A stretch of DNA of 64,000 nucleotides from Gammaproteobacteria bacterium (GCA_003556835.1 PWQG01000243.1:1286-65285); one strand, 5' to 3'. Numbered from the stretch's first letter, positions 20,036-29,961 are shown. The notes: generated from the letters alone by a model not told the origin. Program-made: numbers and translations.

Positions 20036-21804
20036 ATGAATCCCTGAGCCTGGCCGAAGCACTGGCCAACTTCCATTTCCTGCGGCCGCTCTGGTTGCTC
20101 GCACTGCTACCCGCCATCTGGCTGCTGCGAAACCTCTGGCGCCACAATGAAAGCGGCAGCGCCTGGCACAAGGCGATCGACCCGGAATTGCTGCCCTATA
20201 TCCTGGACCGCAGCCGAAGCAAGGCCCAGCGCCTGCCGCTGGTTCTGCTGGCCTGCGTCTGGATGCTGGCGACCCTGGCCCTGGCCGGCCCCACCTGGAC
20301 CCAGGTGCAATACCCGGCACAACAAAGGCAGGACGCCCTGGTCGTGGTACTGGATCAGAGCGTGGGCATGTTTGCCACTGACATCGAGCCCAACCGGCAG
20401 ACAGCTGCCCGGCGCAAGCTCACTGACCTTCTGGAGCAACGCCGTGAAGGCCAGACTGCACTGATCGTTTATTCCGCGCAGGCCCATATGGTCAGCCCGC
20501 TGACCGAGGACACTGCGCCAATCAAGAACATGGTGCCAGCATTGAGCCCCAATATCATGCCGGCCTTCGGCAACAACGCCGCGCATGGCATCGAAATGGC
20601 ACTGGAACTGTTACGTGATTCCGGGCGCGATCGAGGCCGCATCCTGCTGCTCAGCGGAGGCATGCCAGCCGATCAGCCGGGCGCGATCCGGCAGCTGCTT
20701 GAGGACAGCCGGTATCCCCTGTCGATCATCGGCATCGGTACCGAAGCCGGCGCACCCATTCCCGCCAGCGAAGGTGATTTCCTGCGCGATGACCGCGGCA
20801 ACATGGTGATTCCGGAACTGGGTCGCAGCGCATTGCAGAACCTGGCGAGCGATGGCGGGGGGCGCTATCACGACCTGACTGTCAACTCCAACGATCTGGA
20901 TTTTGTGCTGGCCGACTCCCTGCTTGGCGGTGAGGGTGACTATATGGAAAGCCTGCAGGAATTCGACGTCTGGGCCGATGCCGGACCCTGGCTGGTCCTG
21001 CTGCTGCTGCCGCTGGGTGCATTGATTTTCCGCCGCGGCTGGTTGCTTGGCATGGTACTGGGCAGTTCGCTGTTCGTGACCATGCTGGTGCCGTCAGGAC
21101 CCGCCCACGCCCAGGATCTTCGCAGCATCTGGCAGACCCGGGATCAACAGGGGGCACGGGCCTTCGAGGAAGACGATCACGAACGGGCCGCCAATCTGTT
21201 TCAGTCGCCAGCCTGGCGCGGCACCGCCCATTATCGCGCTGGCAACTACGAGGCGGCGATCCAGGACTTCGCGGCCCAGGGACAGAGCCCCGATGCGCTC
21301 TACAATATGGGTACAGCCATGGCCCATGCCGGTCTGTATGAAGAGGCCATTGCCGTCTACGACGCGGTCCTGGAGATGGACCCCGAGCATAGCGATGCAC
21401 GGCACAACAAGGAAATCCTCGAGCAGCTGCTCCAGGACCAGGAGCAGGAACAACAGCAGGAGCAGGACACCGAGGACGGCGACGAGTCAGCCGATCCTGA
21501 TCAGCAGCAGGATGACGAATCCGAGCAGGATCCTGACGAGGAGGAAGGTCAGGACGAACAGGAAATGGACCAGGACACCGAAGAAAGTGATCAGGACCAG
21601 GAGTCCCAGGAACAGCAGGCGGACGAGGACGGCAGCCAGGATCAGCAACAGGACATCAGTATCGAGGAAGAGGAAGACCAGGAGTCCCTCGAGCAATGGC
21701 TGCGGCGTATCGACGACGATCCTGGTGAACTGCTGCAGCGCAAATTCCAGTTCGAATACCGGCGCCGCCAGATAGAGGCGCGTGCTGCGGGACAGCAATT
21801 ATGA
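20032..21804 (+). CDS. batB: vWA-TPR fusion protein (BatB/BatC-like) with a long acidic C-terminal tail
   Basis: N-terminal TMs, a vWA region (VVVLDQSVGM, a degenerate MIDAS), TPR repeats (AHYRAGNYEAAIQDF...YNMGTAMAHAGLYEEAIAVYDAVLEMDPEH), then ~100 aa of D/E/Q-rich sequence. Confidence 0.82.
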   Translation: MNESLSLAEALANFHFLRPLWLLALLPAIWLLRNLWRHNESGSAWHKAIDPELLPYILDRSRSKAQRLPLVLLACVWMLATLALAGPTWTQVQYPAQQRQDALVVVLDQSVGMFATDIEPNRQTAARRKLTDLLEQRREGQTALIVYSAQAHMVSPLTEDTAPIKNMVPALSPNIMPAFGNNAAHGIEMALELLRDSGRDRGRILLLSGGMPADQPGAIRQLLEDSRYPLSIIGIGTEAGAPIPASEGDFLRDDRGNMVIPELGRSALQNLASDGGGRYHDLTVNSNDLDFVLADSLLGGEGDYMESLQEFDVWADAGPWLVLLLLPLGALIFRRGWLLGMVLGSSLFVTMLVPSGPAHAQDLRSIWQTRDQQGARAFEEDDHERAANLFQSPAWRGTAHYRAGNYEAAIQDFAAQGQSPDALYNMGTAMAHAGLYEEAIAVYDAVLEMDPEHSDARHNKEILEQLLQDQEQEQQQEQDTEDGDESADPDQQQDDESEQDPDEEEGQDEQEMDQDTEESDQDQESQEQQADEDGSQDQQQDISIEEEEDQESLEQWLRRIDDDPGELLQRKFQFEYRRRQIEARAAGQQL

Positions 21805-23588
21805 GCATGAACATGCCGACTGTACGACACCTGATAAGCTGCGTGGCTTTGCTGCTGTTGTTCATGAACAGTGCCATGGCGCAGCGGATCGAGACCAGTA
21901 TCGACCGTGACGAGGTATACCGGGGCGGCACCATCACCCTGACTGTACAGATTTTTGACCGCCAAGGGACCGTGCCCATCGACATAGCCCCACTGCGCGA
22001 AGACTTCGACATCATATCGACGCGCTCCTCCAGTCAGCTGCGCACCGTCAACAATCGGGTACAGGCATCGACCACCTATCGACTGGTACTGTTCCCACTG
22101 CGCGTGGGTGAACAGGATATTCCCGCCATCGAAGTCGGCGGCCAGATCACCGACCCGATTGCCATCAATGTGCTGTCCGAGCCCGAACGCGCCTCCTCTG
22201 ATCCCGAGATCCGCCTGGAAACCGAGCTCAGTGCCAATGAGGTCTACGTGCAGGAACAGCTGCTGTTCACTGTGCGACTGTTTTATACCCTGCGCGGCAT
22301 CCGTAACCCGAATTTCACGGAACCGGACATGGATCACGCCGTGGTCCAGATGCTGGGCCCGCCCAACCAGTACGAACAATTGATCGACGGGGAGCGTTAT
22401 GGCGTCTACGAAATGAACTACGCCATTTTCCCGCAGCGCAGCGGAACCCTGGAAATTCCGGACATCGTTTTCCGCGGCCAGGTCACCGATGGCTCCAGCC
22501 GCTACGTGTTTCGCAATGCCAACGTCGACCCGGTGACGGCCTTCAGCGAAGGCTATACGGTACAAGTCAAAGAACGACCGGCCAGCTATCCCGAAAACCG
22601 CACCTGGTTACCCAGCGCCGAATTGCGCGTGGAAGAAAGCTGGAGCGGCAACCTGCGCACACTCGAGCCGGGAGAGTCATTGGAGCGTGAAGTCCGCATC
22701 ACGGCAGTGGGTCTCGATGCGGCCGCCCTGCCGCCGCTACAGGCACCAGAGGTCAATGGCGTCAACATCTACCAGGAGCCGGCTGAAACCGAGCGGACCA
22801 TCGTAGACGGTAATGTGGTGGGTGTGCGAACGGAACGATTCTCCTATGTGGCTGCGGAACCGGGTACCGCGACCATACCGGAAGTCCGCATCCCCTGGTG
22901 GAACACGGCCACCGGATCCCTCGAGACGGCAGTACTGCCATCGGCCAGCATCAGCATCATCGAGCCCCCCGGCTCTGGCTCACCGGTGCCAAGTCCGGGC
23001 ATCAGTGAGGCCCAGGTTGATCAGATCGAAAGACAGACCCAGACGGGCGATGAATTGCTGAGTACGGCGCAGACCCCGCAATGGATCCTGGCCCTGCTCA
23101 TCGGTCTGCTGGGAATCATGGCATTGTTCCTGTTCTGGCGCTTCCGGCAGCAGCAGAACCGGGGTGTTGCTGTCGCGGCGGCACAATTCCGTACCTCCCC
23201 CGCCTATGCGCGGGACATCGCGGATGACCAGGAGAAGCAGGCCTTCAACGACCTGGAAAGCATCTGCAAACAGGGACAGGCTGACCGCGTGCGCCTGGCG
23301 CTGATCGCCTGGGGCCGCCAGTACTTCCGTGACGAGCAGATGCGGACCCTGGACGCACTCGCCGACCGTTGCCAGGACGCGGATATCAGTGAATTGTGTC
23401 GCGAAGTGCAGGCCGCCATGTATGGTGCGCACGCTACTGGCAGTGACGGCAATACCTTGCCCGGCGACCTCGGGGAGCGGCTCCTGAACCGTTTCCGCCA
23501 GTTGCGCGCAAGCGACCGCAGGCAACGCCGCGAGACCGCCAGGCAGGCCCCCTTCATTCTGCCACCTCTGTACCGGGACGGATCATGA
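21801..23588 (+). CDS. batD: BatD-like (oxygen tolerance family) protein
   Basis: 595 aa with a signal peptide (LLLLFMNSAMAQ), large beta-rich domains and a TM near residue 440 (WILALLIGLLGIMALFLFW). Its position after batB, with ATGA overlap, is typical. Confidence 0.75.
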   Translation: MSMNMPTVRHLISCVALLLLFMNSAMAQRIETSIDRDEVYRGGTITLTVQIFDRQGTVPIDIAPLREDFDIISTRSSSQLRTVNNRVQASTTYRLVLFPLRVGEQDIPAIEVGGQITDPIAINVLSEPERASSDPEIRLETELSANEVYVQEQLLFTVRLFYTLRGIRNPNFTEPDMDHAVVQMLGPPNQYEQLIDGERYGVYEMNYAIFPQRSGTLEIPDIVFRGQVTDGSSRYVFRNANVDPVTAFSEGYTVQVKERPASYPENRTWLPSAELRVEESWSGNLRTLEPGESLEREVRITAVGLDAAALPPLQAPEVNGVNIYQEPAETERTIVDGNVVGVRTERFSYVAAEPGTATIPEVRIPWWNTATGSLETAVLPSASISIIEPPGSGSPVPSPGISEAQVDQIERQTQTGDELLSTAQTPQWILALLIGLLGIMALFLFWRFRQQQNRGVAVAAAQFRTSPAYARDIADDQEKQAFNDLESICKQGQADRVRLALIAWGRQYFRDEQMRTLDALADRCQDADISELCREVQAAMYGAHATGSDGNTLPGDLGERLLNRFRQLRASDRRQRRETARQAPFILPPLYRDGS

Positions 23589-23950
23589 GCCAGCCTGGCA
23601 GCCGGCCGGTATACAGTACCGATAGCGGACGCATCTGTCCGGATTGTGCTCGTACGACATCGGCCTGCAGCTGTAAAAAGGGCGACGCGACCGGCAGCCC
23701 CCTGCACGCGGATGGCAAGGTCCGTCTGCGCCGTGAAACCAGCGGACGCAAAGGCAAGGGAGTCACCCTGGTGGATGGCCTGGGAATGGACCAGCAGGCA
23801 CTCAAGGCCACGGCCAAAAAGCTGAAGGCACACTGTGGTAGCGGTGGCTCGGTCAAGGACGGGGTCATTGAAATCCAGGGAGATCAGCGCGAGGCGATCA
23901 AGGCCTGGTTTGAGAAACAGGGTTATCGTTGCAAGATTGCCGGCGGCTGA
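23585..23950 (+). CDS. yciH: SUI1/YciH-family translation initiation factor homologue
   Basis: 121 aa. VYSTDSGRICPDC, VRLRRETSGRKGKGVTLV.GL and GSGGSVKDGVIEIQGDQRE....F.KQGY..KIAGG match YciH. The ATG overlaps the batD stop (ATGA). Confidence 0.9.
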   Translation: MSQPGSRPVYSTDSGRICPDCARTTSACSCKKGDATGSPLHADGKVRLRRETSGRKGKGVTLVDGLGMDQQALKATAKKLKAHCGSGGSVKDGVIEIQGDQREAIKAWFEKQGYRCKIAGG

Positions 23951-25964
23951 AACGCCCGCGCGACCTCTGGCGCAGCCAGGCCAGCTCCCCTTGCATCGAA
24001 TGCAGTGCGCTTTTCCTTTCTGCGGATGTCATGGGTGGACCAAAGTACAGGCGGTTGAATTGCGCCACCAGCCGCCCCGCCGCTGGCTCCAGATCCGGTC
24101 GTAGCTCACCGAGTCGGCGTACAATATCACCCGGCACCTCACCCGCTTCCGCCTGGCATCCATTGCGCCTTGCCATCACTTCGAATTTCCGATAGAGGCT
24201 TCGTGCAGGATCCTGTCGTCGCCAATGTATACGCCCCGAAAGTAACAGCAGCAACAGAAAAGCGGAGAGCAAGGCAGCACTGCTCAAGACAAACAGGCGG
24301 ATGATGCCTCCCATGTCACCGACACCGGCCAGGCGATCCAGAAACTGCAGCTGCCGCTGTCCGTCATAATTGATCACCCAACGGCTCCAGAGATAATCGA
24401 AACTGTCCAGTCGCAATCGCAGTGCATTGACTAACGGCAGATTCCGATAACGCTGCAGCAGGCCACTATCTCCGCCCAGCTCGATCTCTTGCCCGGCCAG
24501 CCATGCTTCCGCCCCGGATTCGATCCGCTCTGGGGCCACCGCCATCGTCGGATCAACCCGCGACCAGCCCTGCCCTTCAATCCAGACTTCGGCCCAGGCA
24601 TGGGCATTGTACTGGTAGACCATCACGTAGTCTTCGAAGGGATTACGCTCGCCGCCCTGGTAGCCGACCACCACGCGTGCAGGGATCCCGGCCGTGCGCA
24701 GCAGGAACACCAGGGTCTCGGCGTAGTGTCCACAGAAGCCGCTGCGGGTTTCGAACAGAAATTCATCGATCGCATTGCGACCAAGTGCAGGCGGGCTGAG
24801 CGTGTAGTGAAAATCGGCTTCATTGAAATGACGCAGAATCCCCTCCACGTAGTCCTGATCGGAGCTCGCGTCGGCCCGCCACTGCGCTGCCAGTTCCCGC
24901 GCCCGTTCATTGCTCTCATCTGGTAGACGCAGGGCATGCTCAAGTGGGCCGGACAATCCGGATGCTGGCAATCGGCCAGCGTCCGCCTCTGATTGCAAGG
25001 CAAAGCGACTGCGCTGGGTCACCCGCCGATCCGCATGCAGGGAGTAGTCCGGCAACTGCCAACTGTCAGAGGGAAAATCGTGCAAGGGAGACAGGGCAAA
25101 CAGCCAGGTTTCGTTATGCGGCTCCATGATCAGTTCGTAATCGAGCAGTTCGGCTTCGCGATCGCTCGGGCGAGGCCTTTCCAGGGCCTGGCGACGCGAC
25201 GGACGTCGCTCCGAGCGCCGCCAGGTTCTGCCGTCAAAGCTATCGAGCACAAGTCCGCGCCAGTACAGGGATTCCGGCGCCGGCGTGGCACCTTCAAAGC
25301 CGACACGGAAAGCCAGCTCCGTGGACTGACCGAGCCGACTGATATCCCCCGGGGACATTTCATCACTGATGCCAGTGCTGGCACCATTGCCACCGGGTGC
25401 CGGCATGCCCCACAAAGGTCCGGTTCTGGGCACCAGCACAAACAGTAGCAACATCACCGGCAGGGCATACACCAGCATGCTTGTGACAGTGCGAAAGCTT
25501 CGCGGATCCGGCTCCTGCACCGTGCTGTTGAGCAGCGCCAGGAGGAGCAATACCTGCAGCACCGTGAACCCGGCAAGTGCGATTTCCTGGGAAAACAGAA
25601 ACTGGGTGGCTGGCAAAAGAAACAGCATCACAGCCAGGCGCGACAGATCCTCAAGCGTTTTCAGTTCAAGCAGTTTCAGTACAAAACCCGATAACAACAG
25701 CGCCACGAAAACTTCCACGCTCTGCCCGGGGCCCGCCATATCCAGCAATACCACCGTGAACACACCAAGCACCAGCGTGCCACGCAATAGCGCTCCCGGT
25801 AGTGCAAGCCCCTTGCGGTGAAGCATCCAACGCCAGGCGACAATCGCCAACATCATCAATGTCAACCAGATGGGTATCCGAGTCAGATGAGGGATCCACA
25901 AGGCGGCCAATGCGCCCAGAAGCAGCCCCAGCGTATTCAGGTCGATCAGCTTGCGTTCTGCCAT
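23898..25964 (-). CDS. tgpA: Transglutaminase-like membrane protein (TgpA-type: N-terminal multi-TM domain, transglutaminase core, C-terminal TM domain)
   Basis: Cys-His-Asp core: SGFCGHYAETLVFLLRTAGIPARVVVGYQGG, NAHAWAEVWIEGQGWSRVDPT. Multiple N-terminal TMs. Start placed at ATG 25964 (MAERKLIDLN...); the ORF extends to 26087. Confidence 0.85.
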   Translation of the reverse strand: MAERKLIDLNTLGLLLGALAALWIPHLTRIPIWLTLMMLAIVAWRWMLHRKGLALPGALLRGTLVLGVFTVVLLDMAGPGQSVEVFVALLLSGFVLKLLELKTLEDLSRLAVMLFLLPATQFLFSQEIALAGFTVLQVLLLLALLNSTVQEPDPRSFRTVTSMLVYALPVMLLLFVLVPRTGPLWGMPAPGGNGASTGISDEMSPGDISRLGQSTELAFRVGFEGATPAPESLYWRGLVLDSFDGRTWRRSERRPSRRQALERPRPSDREAELLDYELIMEPHNETWLFALSPLHDFPSDSWQLPDYSLHADRRVTQRSRFALQSEADAGRLPASGLSGPLEHALRLPDESNERARELAAQWRADASSDQDYVEGILRHFNEADFHYTLSPPALGRNAIDEFLFETRSGFCGHYAETLVFLLRTAGIPARVVVGYQGGERNPFEDYVMVYQYNAHAWAEVWIEGQGWSRVDPTMAVAPERIESGAEAWLAGQEIELGGDSGLLQRYRNLPLVNALRLRLDSFDYLWSRWVINYDGQRQLQFLDRLAGVGDMGGIIRLFVLSSAALLSAFLLLLLLSGRIHWRRQDPARSLYRKFEVMARRNGCQAEAGEVPGDIVRRLGELRPDLEPAAGRLVAQFNRLYFGPPMTSAERKSALHSMQGELAWLRQRSRGRFSRRQSCNDNPVSQTRP

Positions 25965-26920
25965 AGGGCAAGCTCCTGCAGCACATGATGAAGATGAACC
26001 GTCCCACTTCCCTCTTTCAGCTGCACACCCGGCAGGCGCAGGGCATAGGTCTCGCCCTGTTTCTCGAACAGCAATGCCAGGTGACACAGCCGCGACAGAC
26101 GCTGTTCCGCATCAAGTCCGGGAAACAGCGACCAGTCCAGATTCAGACTTTCACCAGCACTGGCAGCAAACTCCTTGACTTGCAGTTTGCGACTGCGACC
26201 CATGGCTTTCCAGGCGATTCGACGGGTCGGGTCTCCCCTCCGGTAATCACGCAGTCCGATAAACTCCTCGCTGCCCTCGAGACGCTGCCGAATGGCCCGG
26301 GCGTTGGCATCCTCTCTCCCCGAATCCAGCTCCTGGACGTTGCAGGCCACAGGCTTGGGGTAGACCAGGCAACGGGCATCCGGGTCCGGTTCGGCCCAGC
26401 ACCGGAACAGGCCCACCGGATAACAACTTTCCACCCTCAACCGCGGCAACTTCTGCCAACCCCGCTTTTCCAGGATCAGGGGCAGGATCAACTGCCGCGA
26501 TTGTTGCACAGTGGCGATTGAGTCTCGACATCCGCCACGAAAGGCGAAGCTCAGGGCATGGTGAGATCGGGAAGGCGCGCCCCGCAATTGAAAATGACAC
26601 CGGGCCTCTTCTCCTGCAAACCCGGGTTCGATGCGACCGGTGACCAAGGTCAGGCCGCGCAGGTTCTGATGACTGAACCACATCGTCACCAGAAACAGGG
26701 CCACCATGAAAAAAGCCAGGGCAAAAGCAAGGCTGATCACATAGTTTACGGCAAGCAGGAAAATCAATACTGCCGTTAACAGAAACATCAGCCCGCTGCG
26801 GCTGGGTAGAATGAACAGGGAGCGGTTTTCCAGACGGTTCATGCGAGAAGCGGGTACGCGACGTGCCAGCCAGCGATCTCGCAGACCCATCAGCGCCCGT
26901 TGTGGGTACAGGGCAATCAT
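25946..26920 (-). CDS. DUF58 domain-containing protein (second copy)
   Basis: GLRDYRRGDPTRRIAWKAMGRSRKLQVKEF signature and N-terminal TM helices. Start ATG 26920 has an AAGGGGA RBS; the ORF extends to 26986. Confidence 0.82.
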   Translation of the reverse strand: MIALYPQRALMGLRDRWLARRVPASRMNRLENRSLFILPSRSGLMFLLTAVLIFLLAVNYVISLAFALAFFMVALFLVTMWFSHQNLRGLTLVTGRIEPGFAGEEARCHFQLRGAPSRSHHALSFAFRGGCRDSIATVQQSRQLILPLILEKRGWQKLPRLRVESCYPVGLFRCWAEPDPDARCLVYPKPVACNVQELDSGREDANARAIRQRLEGSEEFIGLRDYRRGDPTRRIAWKAMGRSRKLQVKEFAASAGESLNLDWSLFPGLDAEQRLSRLCHLALLFEKQGETYALRLPGVQLKEGSGTVHLHHVLQELALWQNAS

Positions 26921-26948
26921 CAACACAGTCCCCTTACTGGCCGCAACT

Positions 26949-27887
26949 TCATCGAAGCACGGCAGTGTCCCGCATGATTTCAGCAATCACAGAACGGCTC
27001 CCCGCAGCAGCCCCACCGGCGCCATCCAGCACCAGACGGTGTCGACAGACCGCCGGAAACAGGGATTGCAGGTCCTCTGGCAATACGTGATCTCGCCCGT
27101 CCATCAAAGCCAGGGTGCGCGCCGCTCGCATCAGGCCCCTGGTCGCGCGCGGAGACAGGCCCATGCGCACGGAAGGATGTTCTCGACTCGCCTCCACCAG
27201 CGCCTGGACATAGTCCAGCACTGCATCACTGCAGTGTATGTCGGCCGCCACACGGCGGATCTTTTTAAGATCGTCGTTATTCAGGTAGGACTGCATCTCC
27301 AGTTCCGGGCTCTCCTGGTCATCGAGCAGCAGACGACGCTCATTGGCGCGATCCGGATAACCCAGTTCCAGACTCAGCAGAAATCGATCAAGCTGGGATT
27401 CGGGCAAGGGATGGGTACCCGCCATGTCGACAGGATTCTGGGTGGCAATGACAAAAAACGGGTCGGGCAGTGCCCTGCTTTCACCTTCGGCACTGACCTG
27501 ACGCTCTTCCATTGCCTCGAGAAGTGCACTCTGGGTGCGCGGGCTGGCCCGATTGATTTCATCGGCCAGCAACAGCTGGGTGAAGATGGGCCCCCGGTGG
27601 AACTCGAAGCCACCGCTTTCCCGGTCGTAAACCGGATGACCGGTGATGTCGCCAGGCAGCAGATCGCTGGTGAACTGGATACGGACGAAATCCAGCCCCA
27701 GCCCTCTGGCCAGAGCGCGAGCCAATGTGGTCTTGCCCATTCCCGGCAGATCTTCAATCAACAGGTGTCCACCGGACAGCAGGCAACAACAGGCCAGACG
27801 CACCTCCTGCTCCTTGCCCAGTACAACAGCGTTGACGGCGTCCGTAAGTTGCTTGATTCTGTCCTGCAGAAAAACCTCCCGAAACAA
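26949..27887 (-). CDS. MoxR-family AAA+ ATPase (second copy)
   Basis: DLPGMGKT Walker A, LLLADEINRASPRTQSALLEAM, ATQNPVDMAGTHPLPESQLDRF. TTG start at 27887, 6 nt after the purF stop. Confidence 0.9.
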   Translation of the reverse strand: MFREVFLQDRIKQLTDAVNAVVLGKEQEVRLACCCLLSGGHLLIEDLPGMGKTTLARALARGLGLDFVRIQFTSDLLPGDITGHPVYDRESGGFEFHRGPIFTQLLLADEINRASPRTQSALLEAMEERQVSAEGESRALPDPFFVIATQNPVDMAGTHPLPESQLDRFLLSLELGYPDRANERRLLLDDQESPELEMQSYLNNDDLKKIRRVAADIHCSDAVLDYVQALVEASREHPSVRMGLSPRATRGLMRAARTLALMDGRDHVLPEDLQSLFPAVCRHRLVLDGAGGAAAGSRSVIAEIMRDTAVLR

Positions 27888-27893
27888 TACTGA

Positions 27894-29372
27894 TCAGATG
27901 TTGAGACGCCTCTGTTTGGCCGCGTCATTGCGCATGTTTTCCAGGCGATTGAGGTAGTCCTCGTCAACATCGCCGGTGACATAGCGACCATCAAATACCG
28001 AGCACTCGAATTGCTCGATCTGACTGTTGCCCTCGGCCGAGGCAGCGATCAGGTCCTCAAGATCCTGGAACACCAACCAGTCCGCCCCGATCAACTCCTC
28101 GACTTCCTCCTCGCTGCGGCCATGGGCAATCAGTTCACTTGCCGAAGGCATATCAATGCCATAGACATTGGGATAACGCACCGGAGGCGCAGCCGAGGCA
28201 AAATACACATTGCGAGCCCCAACATCCCGGGCCATCTGGATGATCTGGCGACAGGTGGTACCCCGCACGATGGAATCATCCACCAGCAGAACATTCTTGT
28301 CGCGGAACTCCAGCTCAATGGCATTGAGTTTCTGACGCACCGATTTACGCCGCTGGCTCTGACCCGGCATGATGAAGGTACGCCCGATATAACGGTTTTT
28401 GACGAATCCTTCCCGGTATTTCACCCCCAGGCAATTGGCCAGCTCAAGGGCCGAGGTTCGACTGGTATCCGGAATCGGTATCACCACGTCGATGTCATGG
28501 TCGGGACGCAGGCGCAGCACCTTTTCCGCCAATCTTTCGCCCATGCGTAGCCGTGCCTTGTAGACCGAGACACTGTCCATCAGGGAGTCCGGGCGGGCAA
28601 AATAAACGTGCTCGAATATACAGGGAGTGTGTTTGGCCGGCTCCGCACAATGCCGGGTATGCAACTGACCGTTTACATCGATATAGACGGCCTCGCCAGG
28701 AGCGACATCCCGCACCAGGGTGAAACCCTGGGAATCGAGCGCCACACTTTCCGAAGCCAGCATGTATTCGGTGATACCGTTGCGTTTGCGTTCGCCATAC
28801 ACCAGCGGCCGAATTCCGTGTTTGTCGCGAAAGCCGACCACACCATGTCCGGTAATCATCACCAGGGCTACATAACCACCACGACAACGACGGTTGACCC
28901 CTTCCACCGCATGAAAGATGTCTTCGGCTGTCGGTTGGATCTTGCCCATCTGCTGGAGTTCATGGGCAAACACATTGAGCAGGATTTCCGAATCTGAATC
29001 GGTATTGATATGTCGCAGGTCTTCCCGGAACAGGTCCCGCCCCAGTTCCTCGGAGTTGGTCAGATTGCCATTATGTGCCAGGCACAGGCCATAGGGAGAG
29101 TTGACATAAAACGGTTGCGCCAGCGCCGGACTGGAACTGCCGGCGGTGGGATAACGAACATGTCCGATTCCCATCTGCCCGGTCAGCCTGCGCATATGCC
29201 GGGTGCGAAACACGTCCTTGACCAGACCATTATCCTTGCGCAGATTGAGCTTGCCATGATCACTGGTCGCGATACCCGCCGCATCCTGACCCCGATGCTG
29301 CAGCACCGTCAGCGTATCGTAGATACAGATTCCGACATCGGATTTGGCGACAACGCCCACTATCCCGCACAT
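27894..29372 (-). CDS. purF: Amidophosphoribosyltransferase
   Basis: MCGIVGVV N-terminal Cys nucleophile, RGQDAAGI, and PRPP loop [13 protein letters not shown]. Confidence 0.97.
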   Translation of the reverse strand: MCGIVGVVAKSDVGICIYDTLTVLQHRGQDAAGIATSDHGKLNLRKDNGLVKDVFRTRHMRRLTGQMGIGHVRYPTAGSSSPALAQPFYVNSPYGLCLAHNGNLTNSEELGRDLFREDLRHINTDSDSEILLNVFAHELQQMGKIQPTAEDIFHAVEGVNRRCRGGYVALVMITGHGVVGFRDKHGIRPLVYGERKRNGITEYMLASESVALDSQGFTLVRDVAPGEAVYIDVNGQLHTRHCAEPAKHTPCIFEHVYFARPDSLMDSVSVYKARLRMGERLAEKVLRLRPDHDIDVVIPIPDTSRTSALELANCLGVKYREGFVKNRYIGRTFIMPGQSQRRKSVRQKLNAIELEFRDKNVLLVDDSIVRGTTCRQIIQMARDVGARNVYFASAAPPVRYPNVYGIDMPSASELIAHGRSEEEVEELIGADWLVFQDLEDLIAASAEGNSQIEQFECSVFDGRYVTGDVDEDYLNRLENMRNDAAKQRRLNI

Positions 29373-29393
29373 TCATTTTTCCCCGTATTTTTT

Positions 29394-29885
29394 TCAAGTA
29401 GCAGTACTTTCGTCCTGCGATGTGTAGTCTTCGATGAACAATTGCGACCATTCGAGCAGGTCAATGGCGTATGGCATCAACTGGGATGCCTGCCACCATG
29501 TCGCTTCCTCCGCGTATGGCCGTGCAAAGAAAATGATCACCAGGATGATGATAGCGCCCCTGGCCACACCGAACAGCAAGCCCAGCAGGCGGTCAGTGAT
29601 GGCAAAGCCCACCTGATGCAGCAGTTTCCTCAGAAAATGGCTGATGATCGCGCCGACTATCAGGGTCAGCAGCACCAGCAGGGCAAACGCCAACACATAA
29701 CGTGCCGTCTCATTGGCGAGCATGCCGGACAACAGCTCCGCCAGTACCGGGCTGTAGATGCGGGCAATGACAAGGCCGGCGATCCAGGCGGCAACGGCCA
29801 GCGCTTCACGCACAAATCCGCGCCAGAATCCGAAAAGTGCCGACAGCCCCACTATCAGCAGCATGACGATATCCAACCAGTTCAT
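29394..29885 (-). CDS. cvpA: Colicin V production protein CvpA
   Basis: MNWLDIVMLLIVGLSALFGFWRGFVRE plus four TM helices. Conserved cvpA-purF arrangement. Start ATG 29885; the ORF extends to 30125. Confidence 0.88.
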   Translation of the reverse strand: MNWLDIVMLLIVGLSALFGFWRGFVREALAVAAWIAGLVIARIYSPVLAELLSGMLANETARYVLAFALLVLLTLIVGAIISHFLRKLLHQVGFAITDRLLGLLFGVARGAIIILVIIFFARPYAEEATWWQASQLMPYAIDLLEWSQLFIEDYTSQDESTAT

Positions 29886-29961
29886 GCCCGCTTCCCCTGT
29901 TTTTCCCTGGCGTATAGGGAGCTGATGAGCAGTAACCGGCTGTCTGCATAGCCTATCAGCA

